Below, piece by piece: positions 37,972 through 50,566 of a DNA stretch of 64,000 bases. How positions within the stretch are numbered: position 1 is the first letter of the stretch; the number at the start of each line of letters is the position of its first letter. The position numbers were made by a program, and so were the translations under genes. Under the pieces are notes generated by a model that saw only the letters and a program-made list of their open reading frames with translations, was not told where the DNA came from and made no database searches. Where the stretch lies: NCBI RefSeq assembly GCF_018350175.1, contig NC_058368.1, positions 54,686,001-54,750,000 of the forward strand. The letters run 5' to 3'. Source of the DNA: Felis catus (Eukaryota).

Positions 37972-39401
37972 TTTAAAATATATGTATTAGTGAAAATATT
38001 GACTTGATGCTTATGAAAGTAGAAGTTGTAATACTTTCAAAAACAATTTTGTGGCATGGATCAGAGCATTTAAAAATGTTTGTACAACTTGCCCCAATAA
38101 AACTACTTCCATTAGTTTTTCCAAAAAATATAGTTATGATTATGTAGACAGGTTTAATTATAAGGTTGATTCATCCTTCTATACACTGCCTTATATTAGC
38201 AAAAATTAGAACTAAAACAAATTTTGACAATTAGGGAGTGGTAATATAAATAATGGTATGCTCTTTCACTGGGCTATTATGCCATCAATAATAGAAATAA
38301 ATAAAATAATGATGCATGTAGATATTGCCAAGTTCAATATACACATTTGCTACAACATTCTCACAGCATACCTTGTTCTCAAATATGTTCCCTTAAAATT
38401 ACCATTTCTCGTTTGCAGTTATATGCTTATGTATCGCAGTATATATTTGTGTATCTCTATTTTTCTTTCAACTTATTATTTCATGTCTGCATATGCATTT
38501 AAAACACATTCAAATGTAATTTAAAAATGTATTTCAAGGATAATTGCCTATTTTTCACATACAGTAGGAATTACAAATAATACCTCTTAAATGTTTTTAA
38601 ATAAATGGAAGACATTGATTAATTTTGGTTTGTAGGCACCTAGAAAGTAAAGCAATAAAATACTTCTTTACACCTTTTTGGGTAGGCATACCTGAGAAAA
38701 CTGTGTAATCCTAAAGATGGAGGTAAGGGAGGTATGGAACATCCCCATACTTCCGGTGTGATGGTGAACTAGCACAATTAGTCTGGAGATCAATACGGCA
38801 AAACCTAGTCAAATGAATATATGATCCAAACATTCATATATTAACCAAAGAAATTTCTATGCAGTTCTATAGGGAGCATGTAGAAGATTGTATATTATGT
38901 GGTAGTAGAGAGTTGGAATTGATCTGTATTCATGTCTGGAGAGAACACAGGCAAAAGGGCATAGCATGGAGCACTTTGCTGTGGTTGGAATCAGTGGACT
39001 AAGCAGAGCCATAAATATAAATGGACTAAACACACATACAAAGTGGATGGATTTTTAGTCTGCAGTAACAAAAAGATCTAAAAATATAGTACTTTAAAAA
39101 ACATAGACATTTATTTTTCTCTCTTGTGTAATCAGCCCAAGGTCACCTTAGCCATTTTACTCTATACCAGCCTATTTTTATACAACCTGTGTGTATGCTC
39201 ATGTGTTTTTTTTAATTTAAACTGACTATTAGAGGAAGTAAGAGAAAAAGCAAGAGGAAGGGGAAGAAGAGGCAAAGAAGAGGGGAGAGGAAAAGAACAA
39301 GAGCCTAAAATATTTAACTACCTTAAACCTTGCAGACAATGATATGCTGCCCTTTGCTATAAACAGTCATTCAATGACTCAGAGCCTTCCTATAGTATTG
39401 C

Positions 39402-39594
39402 TTTGTGGTCCTCAATCTGCAACATGTATGTAACAGAATCACCTTTAAGTTTGTGAAAACATACATTGCTGACTCTATCTCAAAGTTTCTGACTTGTGGA
39501 AATGGTTTGAGCTTGAAAATTTGCAATACTCACAACTACTAACAATTTTCAAGGTGATCGATATGTCTGGGAAGAATAGTTTGAGAAGCAATGC
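39402..39594. mobile_element. MER5A-like hAT DNA transposon
   Basis: GTGGTCCTCAA...CAGAATCACCT...AAAGTTTCTGA...AATTTGCA...GGTGAT...TTTGAGAAGCAATG, MER5A-type layout with imperfect inverted ends. Confidence 0.65.
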
Positions 39595-39707
39595 CCTAAA
39601 GGATTGTTGTTAGTTGCTTAATTAAAACTGTAGTACTTCCACATCTGGGCAACAGATGGCAAGGAGTGAAAAAAAGCAAACACCTAATATTTAAAGGCTC
39701 AGACCCA

Positions 39708-39918
39708 GGGGTGCCCGGGTGGCTCAGTTGGTTGAGCATCTGACTTCGGCTCAGGTCATGATCTCATGGTTTGTGGGTTCAAGCCCTGTGTCAGGCTCTG
39801 TGTGGACTGCTTGCTCAGAGCCTGGAGGCTGCTTCAGATTCTGTGACTCCTTCTCTCTCTGCCCCTACTTTGCTTGTGCTCTGTCTTTCAAAAATAAATA
39901 AATGAAAAAAAAAACTTT
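39708..39918 (+). mobile_element. Can-SINE
   Basis: Full-length; TSD TTTAAAGGCTCAGACCCA at 39690-39707 and 39919-39936. Confidence 0.96.
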
Positions 39919-40491
39919 TTTAAAGGCTCAGACCCAGAAGTGATTTTGCATCACTTCCATTTAATATTACATATGTACACATCAAACTGCAGAGATCCTG
40001 GGAGATGCAGCATGTAATTCTGTTACTATTGAATAAGGGGATGATGAATTTGGGAGCAAATCAGCAATCTCTGCCACCACACCATCTACGTAAATTAAAA
40101 ATGCATAAACACAAAGTAAAAATACCCATTATGTAAGAATATATGGGGAAAAACTTTAAATCATTTAATTGGCCACCTATGGGGAAAGGGAAATTAATAC
40201 ATTTATCTTTATCTATACAACTATATCATATATACAATACACACACACCTATATCTTTCAAAGACCAATTATATAATATGAACTAAGTAGAATAGTTAAT
40301 TTAATTCTCTGTACCTGAGGTTTAAAATAAAAAATCAGCCACCCAACACATAAGCATAGATTTACTTCAGAAAAATATATACAAACTTATCTTAAAGATA
40401 AGTTTCTTTTTCTAAGTTTATTATTAAATGTAAGTACTTAAGGTTTTCAGTAATTATAATACTTAATTACTATTAAAATTTGAAAATTTCT

Positions 40492-40613
40492 GGGTGCCTT
40501 GGTGGCTCAGTTGGTTGAATGACCAACTCTTTGATTTCTGTTCATGCCATGAACAGCATTGTAAGATCAGAGGCCTGTGTCAGGCTTGTGTTGAGCATGG
40601 AGTCTGCTTAAGA

Positions 40614-40656
<43 letters not shown>

Positions 40657-40764
40657 TCCCTCCCTCCCTCCCTCCCTCCCTCCCTCCCTCCCTCCCTTCC
40701 TCTCTCCCCCTCTGCCCTTCTCTCCTGCTTGCAAACCCTCTCTCTCTAAAATAAAAAAAAAAAA
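40492..40764 (+). mobile_element. Can-SINE with expanded (CT)n(CCCT)n tract
   Basis: GGGTGCCTTGGTGGCTCAGTTGG head; TSD TTGAAAATTTCTG on both sides. Confidence 0.92.
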
Positions 40765-41049
40765 ATTGAAAATTTCTGCCTTGACCAAAATTGTCAAATA
40801 CTGAAGCACAGAGAGGCTTATAGTTCAGATAAGCTTATTGTCAGCTACAATGTTAAAACTAAAATGTTTTGACACTGCAGTGCTTTGTGATAGAAAAAAC
40901 ACAAATCTGTTTATAAGATTTGATTCAAAGCCTCTATCTGACACCTAAAAAGTCATAGGAGATTTGACAAATTTTCATTAAGGAAAGATAAAACAATAAG
41001 AAAAACATTAACTGGCATTTCTTGAAAAAAGCTAATAGTATATCAAACT

Positions 41050-41255
41050 TGCTGGTACTGAGTTTAGCATGCATTTACTCTTCAATCACTGAAATAACTC
41101 AATAGGATAGGTGCTATTACAATCACCATTCTATTTATCAGGAAAACAGGGTGCACATAATAAAATACATTATGTAAGATCACTAGTTATAAAAAGACCC
41201 AGGTTTCAAATTTATGTTGGCCTGCTTTCTGAGCCTGCAGTTTTCAGCCACTATA
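41050..41255 (-). mobile_element. MIR fragment
   Basis: ATAGGTGCTATTAC...CCATTCTATTTATCAGGAAAACAGG...AAGATCAC...CCAGGTTTCAAAT antisense MIR. Confidence 0.6.
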
Positions 41256-41612
41256 TGAAGAAACCGAGTGCTGTTTTGCTGTGCTGTTGTCAGAGAAAGG
41301 AAGGATAAAGTCATGGTCACAGACTGAATAAAAATTCCTTTTATATTCCCCACAGTCTTAAGATAAGCTCTCCTATTCTGTGATGTAAGTATTGCTTAAA
41401 ACCAGTGTAGTAAAGTTTACTTAAATAATTGTATCTGTGTAAATCACACGTGGCTGAATAGCTTCTTTGGATGTAAAACCATGAAAATGAAGTTAAATGT
41501 ATCAGGGATGAATTACCAAGTATCACAGTCTTCTATTTTTCATTTTTCATATTTTGAAGATGAGGGAGAGTCCCTTCTTGCCATCTCAGAGAAGGAGGCT
41601 GATTATTTCATC

Positions 41613-41812
41613 CAGGATTGGCAAACTATTGCTCTTTGGCCAAACCCACCTACTGCCTATTTATGTGAATAAGAATTTAGTGGACTACAACCACACCCAA
41701 AATTGAATCATTGTCCATGGTCGATTTCCCACTACTGGCATAGCTGAATAGCCTTCAGGGCATAAATATTTACTATATGGCTCTTAAGAAAAAAAAAACT
41801 CTTTTAATCCAA
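41613..41812. mobile_element. MER58A-like hAT DNA transposon
   Basis: CAGGATTGGCAAACTAT...GGCCAAACCCACCTACTGCCTATTT...AAAATATTTACTATATGGCTCTT. Confidence 0.7.
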
Positions 41813-41975
41813 CAAAGGCAATATGCCGTGGTGACTGATTTCAGTAATTCAGGTATGATCTAGTAAGTGCTCAATAACACTCTCTCCTCCAGTTGGATTG
41901 GGTTGAGAATGGGCATGTGACCCAATTCAGATAATGAGGCAAGAGGAGAAGATTGCTAAAGATATATGGGAAATA

Positions 41976-42192
41976 GGGACACTTGAGTGGGTCAGTTGGT
42001 TAAGCGTCTGACTTGGGCTCAGGTCATGAAATCCTGGTTTGTGAGTTCGAGCCCCTTGAGCACCACATTGGGCTCTATGCTGGCAGCTCAGAGCCGGGAG
42101 CCTGCTTCAGATTCTGTGTCTCCCTCTCTCTCTGCCCCTTCCCTGTGCTCTCATTCTCTCTCAAAAATAAACATTAATTTTTTTAAAAAAAA
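41976..42192 (+). mobile_element. Can-SINE
   Basis: GGTCAGTTGGTTAAGCGTCTGACTTGGGCTCAGGTCATGA head, CT tract, tail. Confidence 0.93.
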
Positions 42193-42221
42193 AGTACATA
42201 AGAAATAGCCTTTCAGCAACA

Positions 42222-43272
42222 TATAGTCAGTTCAATAGTGTCACCCCAAAATTACTGTCTTCTTCTTATTACCTCAGAATGTGGTCTTATTTGGAAACAG
42301 TGTCTTTGCAGAAATAAGTAGTCAAGGATCTCCAGAAGAATCCTAATGGATTTAGGGGGGGGCCTTAAATCTAATAACTCATGTCCTTATAAGAAGAGGA
42401 AAGGACAAAGAGACATTCAAAGGGCACAGAGTATCAGAGCAAAGGTTGTATCAGTCAAGATTCAATAGTCAAAGATTATATTAAAGGGCATTGTCATAGC
42501 AGAAAGAGGCCAAAGCTTAGTCTGAGTTCAATTCCCCTGAAGCAAATGGCAAGAGACTTTTTAAAAGCTGAGGTGGGGTGAGATGGGATGGCCATTCAGA
42601 TGGTGTTGGCTAACTAGCCTTTGTTGGCTAACAAAGGAAAAGTAAACTTTCTCATAACTACTTGACAGGAGGTAGTTTTACAACTTGGAACAAGGCACCC
42701 ACTGAGGTTAGGTTCCTAAACTCTCACAGATTCTGGTTGTTCGGGGCTCTATCTTCTTTGATTATTACATTTCAGAGCACTGGCTCCAGGTCCTAGAGAA
42801 AAACAGTCCTAGATTATAAAACTGTCAAGAGGTGTGAAACAGATGTGCATTTCAAAGGGTCAGAGAAACAATTTGCAATTTCAAGTTTTCTAAAGTAAAT
42901 GGTAAGAAAAGGGAGCAAAGGGACTTTGTAGTTATGTCACATCAATTCTATAAGGGCCAAAGTAAGAAGAAAGCCAGGGATCTAGCAGCAGGAAGAAGCC
43001 CGTCTGAAATTTAAGTCAGACTGAGGTCAAAGGCCATGCGAGTACTGACAGAGATTGGAGCTGTGTTGTCACAAACTACGAAATGCCAGGAGACAGCAAA
43101 AGCTGGCAGATACAGGAACAATACTTCCCTAGAACCTTCAGAGCAACCATGGGCCTGCTGACAACTTGATCTGGCCTTCTGGCTGCCTGAACTGTAAGAG
43201 AATGAATTTCTGCGATTTTCAGCTACCCAGTTTGTTGTGATGTGTTATGGCAATCCTAGAAAATGAATATGC
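42222..43272 (+). mobile_element. MLT1 LTR split by a MER31/MER67-like LTR
   Basis: 5' half ACCTCAGAATGTGGTCTTATTTGGAAACAGTGTCTTTGCAGA; 3' half CAGAGATTGGAG...CCCTAGAACCTTCAGAG...GTTATGGCAATCCTAGAAAATGAATA. Confidence 0.8.
42450..43040 (-). mobile_element. MER31/MER67-like ERV1 solo LTR
   Basis: TTACAACTTGGAACAAGGCACCCACTGAGGTTAGG...GATTACATTTCA...CAAGTTTTCTAAAGTAAATG...AAGAAAAGGGAG resembles reverse complement of recalled MER31/MER67. Confidence 0.7.
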
Positions 43273-44269
43273 TAGAGGACACCAGCCTTATTTTTCTATG
43301 TAGGTGCATACAGTCTTAGAAGTTCTTGGTAGGAATCTTATATTGAAATTAATTTGGCCTACTGTGGCAGTCTAAGAAGAGAGGAAATAGGATCTTAATG
43401 GTATCCATGAAATGCTGAATCAAATCAATACAATCATTTCCTTCCATATCCTTCCTATTCTGTCAGGCAATAAATCCTACTTATATTGATGCAATTTGGA
43501 GAAGAAATCTAGTTAGTCACAAACAAAAACATTCTAATTGACACTGTGCACTGCACAATTCAAGAGAGCACCCTCACATAGACTATCGTATGAACTGCAC
43601 TTCCTGGAATTGTTCAAAGTTACAGCTCTGCTTATGTCCTTAAAATGACTTTGTGTTTTTCCGTATCAAACCAAAAAGAGATGCTTGAAGCTTCTATAGA
43701 CGTCAGGGTTACCAGCAGTATCTCAAGAGATGGACAGTGAGAATTAAATAGCTTATATGCATTATTTTACAAATTACATAATTTCTCCCAAACTTTATTT
43801 AATTTGTAAAATTAATAATTTGTAATTATTAAATTATTTAATTTGTAAAATTAATAAAATGATTTGTACATGGCGATGAAGATTAAATAAGAGAGGAAAA
43901 TTATAATCACACATTAAAAAATAACAGATTTACTACAAATCAAAATTTTGCTGGTACCATTACTATAAGGATTACAGTGGTCCTTCTTCCTAGTCTTACT
44001 GAATTTATACAATCACTGAAGGTTCTAAAACAAAACTGTAGTTGTGTGAAAGGAGAATTCTAACGCCACAGTACTTTACTCACTTCCATACTGTGATCAT
44101 CAAGTCTGAGTACAATTAACAAAGAACATAGCAATTTTTGTATGAAAACGATGCTAGGAAAGAAGGCTAATATGTTCCACTATGCAATAAGTAGATAAAA
44201 GACCTTGAAAAAGTGAATAATAATCTGATACCAATACATAGTTAACAGGGACAAATGGAGAATTTTACT

Positions 44270-45655
44270 TTTATGAAAATACAATGTTGGAGGAATTACA
44301 TTACCTGATTTCAAGATTTACTAGAAACTACAAACATCAAGAAAGTAAAAGAAATTCTCATATAAATGGACAAATGGACTTATCAAAGTAAATACAGAAC
44401 CTAGGAATGAACCCATATGTATACAATAATATGAATTTAACAAATGAGTCAATGTAATCCAATGAAGAAAGGATGTTTTTCAACAAACAGTGCTAGAATA
44501 TCTCAATATCCACACAGAAAACAAAAACAATAACTTTCCATATCTCACTTTTTATGTCAAATTTAATTCAAAATGAAGCACAGACCCAAATGGAAAAGGT
44601 AAAACCATCAAACTTTAAAAGGAAACACAAAAGAATATCTTATTGTCATAGGAATGGGCAAAGAGTTCTTAGCTTAGATACAGAAAGCAACAATCAAAAC
44701 AGAACAGATAAATAAGCTTCATTAAAAGTAAAACATCTGCTCATTATAAGACCCCTTTGGGAAAAAGACACAAACTAGAAGAAAATATTCACCAAACATA
44801 TATCTGGCAAAGAACTGAATATCCACCTATATACATAGAATTTAACTCTACAATAAAAAGACAAAGCACCCAATACACAAAGAGCTGATGATTAAAAAAG
44901 AAACTTCACAAAAGAATATACATTAAAAAATAAGCACATGAAAAAGTTTTGAGTATCTTTAATTATTAATGAAATGCAAAAATAAATTGATAAATAAAAG
45001 CCACAATTAAATATCAGCAGATACCCACCAGAACAAAATTAAAAAAACTGACAACCATAAATGTTGGTGAGATTATGCAGCAAACTGAAAATCCCCTTTG
45101 CTTTTTTTGGAATAATGAAAAAAAAGTAGTAGAAATGGAAAATGTTATAGCCTCTTTGGGAGAAAGTTCTATCAATTTATTTTAAAACTAATTACATTCT
45201 AGGAATTCTACTCCTAGGTACTTACCCAATGGAAATGAAAATACATGTTCACAAAAAGACTTATAAAACTAAACACAGCCATATGATCCAGCAATTATAC
45301 TCCTTTGTATTAACAAAATGAATTGAAAACTTATATCTCCACAAAAACCTGCACATGAATATTTATAGCAACTTTGTTCATAATTGTCAAAACCTGAAAG
45401 CAACCAACATGTCCATTTAGTACAAAATATTCAAAGCAACTGTGTTCAAGAGTCAAAAACTGGAAACACCTCAAGTATCAATCACAGAAGAATGGAAAAC
45501 AAGATGGATTAATCTATGGATAGAATGATCGGTGATAAAGCATTTATAGTAAAACAATAACATTAGAATCTTGATGGTAGTTATATGGGTTTTCATTGTA
45601 AAATTTCTTAGTTTTGGTGTATATTTAGAAGTTTCCATAATAAAATGCTAGGGTA
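44270..45655 (+). mobile_element. Old L1 ORF2 3' end and 3' UTR remnant
   Basis: GGAGGAATTACATTACCTGATTTCAAGA, AACTTCACAAAAGAA...AATAAGCACATGAAAA, ACTCCTAGGTACTTACCCAATGGAAATGAAAATACATGTTCAC. Confidence 0.85.
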
Positions 45656-46582
45656 AAAACTGCTCAACAGAGGAAAAGATTGCCTCTCAAAGCACTACAT
45701 GTCAGGTGCCCAATCCTTCAGAACATTCCAAAGGGTGTGCCCATGTGTTGACAGGATGAAGGGTGAGGAAGAGCTCACTGCTAAACAGGACCAAAATGTC
45801 TTCCAAGGTGACTAGCATTTTGAAGCTTTGAAGACCAAAGGTTTCAAAAAATATCCAGTGAAGCCCCCAAAGCAGCTTACAGTGGTGAGTACTTGACATA
45901 AATGGAAGATTTCAATATAAATGATTGAGATGCAGATAAGCCAATAAAATAAACTGGAATTCTTAGAAGGTTAGAGAGAACATTTGGAGGATGGAGTGGA
46001 TTAAATAATAATCAAGTGAGGTATAAAGGAACAAGTTATATAATTATTAACCTAATGAATACTAGATTAAAGTAGTTACATCCACGTTTAGTGTGAGAAT
46101 TATAGAGGTTGTTCTTTCTCGCCTTCAAATTTTAAGATTCCTTGGGTGGCCTATTTGCCATCTGGATATCTACTTTCACGTTGGCATGTTGAATGCATGG
46201 GTGAATTGGAAGAAGTTTAGACAGGCTGGTTGTAAGGATTTTTATTAGAAAGATTATCTTCTCTGCTCAAAATCCACCAATTGCTTCTAATTTCACTCAG
46301 ATATAAGTGAGCATACTCAGTCAAAATTTTCAAAATGCATGGTTTCCCTCATCGTGTCTCTCACCTCATTATTTACTACTTTTTCTCTTTCAAATTTCAT
46401 TAAAAAGACAGCCTCTTTGTTGCTTCTGAAAAAACGTAAGGCCTGCAGGCCAGTTGATGACAAAATATAAAATCCTTTAAAAAGGTCTCATATTATTTAA
46501 GCTACTTCATGTATATGCTGTTTTATACCAAGTGCAAGTATGAATCTATGTTAATTTCAGAGTATTATGTGAAGTTAAAATC

Positions 46583-47555
46583 CCTTAAGAGACAATTCAT
46601 CAAAGAAGATATACAGATGGCAAAGAAGCATATGAAAAAATGCTTTATCTCCTATGTCATCATGGAAATGCAAATTAAAGTAACAATGACAAACCACTGC
46701 ACACCTATTAAAATGGTCAAAATCCAGAACACTGACAACACCAACTGCTGGTGGGGATGTGGAGCAATAGGAACTCTCATTCATTGCTGGAAGGACTGCA
46801 AAATGTTATGGTCACTTTGTAAGACAGTTTGGTGGTTTCTTGTAAAACTAAACATAGCCATATGATCCAACAATTATACTCCTTGGTATTAACCAAATGA
46901 ATTGAAAACTTATGTCTCCACAAAAACCTGCACATGAATATTTATAGCAATTGTATTCATAATTGGCAAAACCTGGAAGCAACCAAGATGTCCTTTAGTA
47001 AATGAATGGATAAATGTACTATGATACATCTAGCATCTTGAATATGACTCAGTGCTATAAAGAAATGAGCTATCAAGCCATGAAAGATATGGAAGAACCT
47101 TAAATGTCTATTACTGAATGAAACACTCCAAAATGAAAAGACTACATACTGTGCATTTCAACTATATTACAAGTTGTTAAAACTATGGAGATGATAAAAA
47201 ATATCAGTGATTTCCAGGGGTTAGGGAGGAAAAGGGGGATGAATAAGCAGAGCACAGAGGATTTTTAGGGCTGTGAAACCACTCTGTATGGTAGAGACAT
47301 GTTGCTAAAAATTTGTCCAAACCCATAGAATGTGCAACACCAAGAGTGAATCCTAATGTTAACTATGAACTTTGATTGATAGTGGTGTTCATTGTAGGTT
47401 TATTAATTTTAAGACATTTACCACTCTGGCAGAGGACGTTGATGACAGGATAAGGTACGCATGTATAGGAGTAGGGAGTATATAGGAAATCTCTGTATCC
47501 TCTGTTCAATTTTGCTGTGAATCCAAAACTGCTCTAAAAAGTGACATCTATTTTA
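46583..47555 (+). mobile_element. L1MC-like 3' end with TSD
   Basis: Encodes ORF2p C-terminal region ([14 protein letters not shown]...CWWGCG..GTLIHCW.DCK); 3' UTR ends TTTGCTGTGAATCCAAAACTGCTCTAAAAA; TSD AAGTTAAAATC at 46572-46582 and 47556-47566. Confidence 0.9.
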
Positions 47556-49589
47556 AAGTTAAAATCTATTTCTTCTTCTAGGATTAAAGTAGTACAGCTG
47601 GATTTTTCAACAAATCCTTTTATTTTTTTTTTTTTTCATTCTCTTTCTCTCGATACACTCATTGTATTTGAGGAAACAAGACTAAAGCTTTAAAACTTTC
47701 ATTTTACTTTGATTTCTAAGATTCAAACTTCATTTCCACAGAGGCAGAAATTGCAAGGTTGGCTGGTAGCTACTAACCAGGTGTTAGCTATTCACTTTTT
47801 TGTTTCTGCCAAAAAGCTGGAAGCAATAAAATGAAATGTCTGTTTTAGGGAGAGTACCTACAAATTTCATCACAGGGAGAAACTAAAAATTGATAATCTA
47901 TTTTTTAAAACTCAAATATCTTTGGGAATATTTTGGTAATACAACTTTCTGTTTATATAGTTCAGGGATTTTGAAATGTCTATGTGGTGTGTGTTAGATT
48001 AAGATATAGACATGACCTACATCATGACTGCTTTAAAAATTAAATATGAAAAGTCAATTTTAAAATAAAGAGTTTATTTGGAAAAAAAATTGTGCAGTGA
48101 ATGAAAATTAAATGCTTTCTTCAACACCTGAAAATATCTCCAGTTATATCCCAAATATTAGTCACTCTTAGAGATCAGATGATGATTTTGTAGACACAGA
48201 AGGATTTCTTGCAACAAATCAGTTTTTAGACACAGAATTTAAATCACAGCATGTTGAATTCTGATCTTTGTCCCTATAGACTTAAATTCCAAGCCCAACC
48301 AGTAATGAATATCTTATAATAACTCCTCTTACTATAATGCCCTATTTTTAAATGATTATAATTATGTGATGCTAAGAAATAAAATGAGTTATAGACATTG
48401 AATATTTGATATTTTGGCTAATCGCTCATTGAAATTGGATATATAGATGACCTAATTTATTATTATAAATAATTATTTACCATCATTATATCATTATTGG
48501 AGGTAAAATTTATGTACTCCATAGGACTCACCATTTGGACTATACTCTCAAGTCATTATCAACTGCAAACAGTACTTGGTGACTGGAATACAATTGTCTC
48601 CTTTCTCATCAAACCTATCCTATTTAATTGACTGTATTTAAGTGACTTCTGTAAGAGTTATTTCTTCATGAAGAAATGAAGGCTTGATCAATGAGTAACA
48701 ACCTCTTCCCTTGACTCTCCATTTTTGGATACTTGTATAATAACACCACTGACATCAACTAACTATTGCCTGTTAATCACTGAAAAGACGAAAACCAATT
48801 GATGACTAAAATGGACTTCATTATACCTGAAATTAATGATAGACAAACCAGGAAATTGCATCTTTCCAGAAGGAATGCTAGAACTGAGTAAAGAGCATGT
48901 GTTAACCTAGGTTCATTACCTAAATGCTCATTTGAAGGCTGCATAGGACTTTGGTATTTTAGCCTGAGCCTCTCTCTAGCTGATATTAAAAACTGTCATT
49001 TACTTCCCTGGCTTGAATGAGAACACCAAAGTATTAAATTATCATGCTTGAATATCCAGCCCTGAACCTTTCCCATGTTCCAGACCTAAACTTTGCACAA
49101 TCAGCTAGATCATTCAACTTGATATTCCAATACAATGTTGAAAGTGACATGTATAAAATTAAATTTCTTATATTATTTATTCTCCCAAATAGTTCTCCTC
49201 ATGAATTTCCTTCCCTGCTGGTACTAACATTATTATTCCTGTCACACAATTTTGAAGCATCCAAGTAATATCTGCTTGTCCTTTCCCAAGTTCTCCACAG
49301 CCACTTAGTCACGAGTTCTGTCACCTCATGCTTACATTATCTTAATATGCGTAACAACCACTTTCAAATTACATAGAATGCTGGAAAGTGTAGTGAACTG
49401 AGTCATTACTCCTCACTTGCACCTGGAATTAAAATGGCTCTGGGAAACATCAACAGAAAAAAAAAACATTATTCTGGCAACTTATTTATTCTGCACTTTC
49501 ATTCCTACCTTCTCCTGAAGCACAATACACATTGGTGCACATATCACACACATCACACACACCACACACACACACAGTTCGCTATCCAA

Positions 49590-50045
49590 AAATGATGCAG
49601 CTGAATGAATGTTCTATATTCATATATTCACCAAATATGAATACCTTCTATGGGTCAAGCATTGTGCTAACACTGGAAATAGGAACTTTTAATAAAACAA
49701 AATTGATCCCACCATCATGGAGGTCATTTATTTCATGATCTAAAAAACAAAACAAAATTAAAAGGCAAGAAGTGATAAGATTTCAATTTGCAACAAGTTC
49801 TTTGAATAAAACACACAATGGGCAGAGATAGATAATGATGTAGAGAAAGGATGGCTACTGGGGCCCTTGGCAGACTGATCACTAAGATAAGACCTTAAAG
49901 GTGAAAGGAGATAAGCCAAGAGAAGATGTGAAGGAGGAATTCCATGCAAAAGGACAAGTATGTCCAAAGCTTTTTTATAGCAATAAGCTCAACATGTTCA
50001 AAAACAAAAACAAAGCTGAAATAAGACTAGTATTGCTGGAGCTCG
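49590..50045 (-). mobile_element. LINE-2 3' fragment
   Basis: CTATGGGTCAAGCATTGTGCTAACACTGGAAATA...CATGGAGGTCA...GACCTTAAAGGTGA antisense L2. Confidence 0.65.
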
Positions 50046-50086
50046 GTGATTTTCCTGAGGGCTATTGTGGTTGGCTGTGTCTCTGG

Positions 50087-50110
50087 GTGTGTGTATGTGT
50101 GTGTATGTAT

Positions 50111-50162
<52 letters not shown>
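50087..50162. repeat. (TG)n microsatellite
   Basis: Directly visible. Confidence 0.97.
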
Positions 50163-50164
<2 letters not shown>

Positions 50165-50182
50165 AAGGAAGGCTAGTGTATA

Positions 50183-50566
50183 TGTATTAGTTTGCTAGGG
50201 CTGCTGTAACAAATACCACAGATGGGGTGGCTTAAATAACAGAAATGTATTCCCTCAAAATTCTGGAAGCTAGAAGTCCAAAATCAAAATGTTGGCAGCA
50301 TTGATTTTAGCCTGAAGTCTCTCTTCTTGACTTGCAGATGTCTGTCATCTCCCTGTGTCTTCACACAGTCTCCCTCTGTTTGTGCTGGTGTCATAATCCT
50401 CTTTTCCTAAAGGTACATCAGCCACAATGCATCCATCCATCCATAAGATCTAATTTTACAGTAATCACCTCTTTAAGGCCCTATACTCAGATGGAGACAC
50501 ATTCTTAGGTACTGAGAGTTAGGACTTCAACATATATATTTTTGGGGGGATACAATTCAGCCCAAA
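50183..50566 (-). mobile_element. MLT1A/B-like MaLR solo LTR
   Basis: TGTATTAGTTTGCTAGGGCTGCTGTAACAAATACCACAGA...GTTAGGACTTCAACATAT...GGGGATACAATTCAGCCCA. Confidence 0.88.

Larger units (their letters stand above)
39055..40080 (-). mobile_element. Old MLT1 (J/K-like) LTR fragments, interrupted
   Basis: CTGCAGTAACAAA...ATTTATTTTTCTCTC at one end and CTGCAGAGATCCTGGGAGATGCAG...GCAATCTCTGCCAC at the other. Confidence 0.5.
41860..43525 (+). mobile_element. LTR16-like ERVL LTR split by younger insertions
   Basis: GAATGGGCATGTGACCCAATTC...AATGAG at ~41910 and CAATAAATCC...CACAAACAAAAACATTCTAATTGACAC at ~43470-43524. Confidence 0.55.

Noticed and set aside
46509..46865. 118-aa Cys/His-rich ORF
   Set aside because: It is the C-terminal part of L1 ORF2p in a 5'-truncated element, with a start borrowed from the flank.
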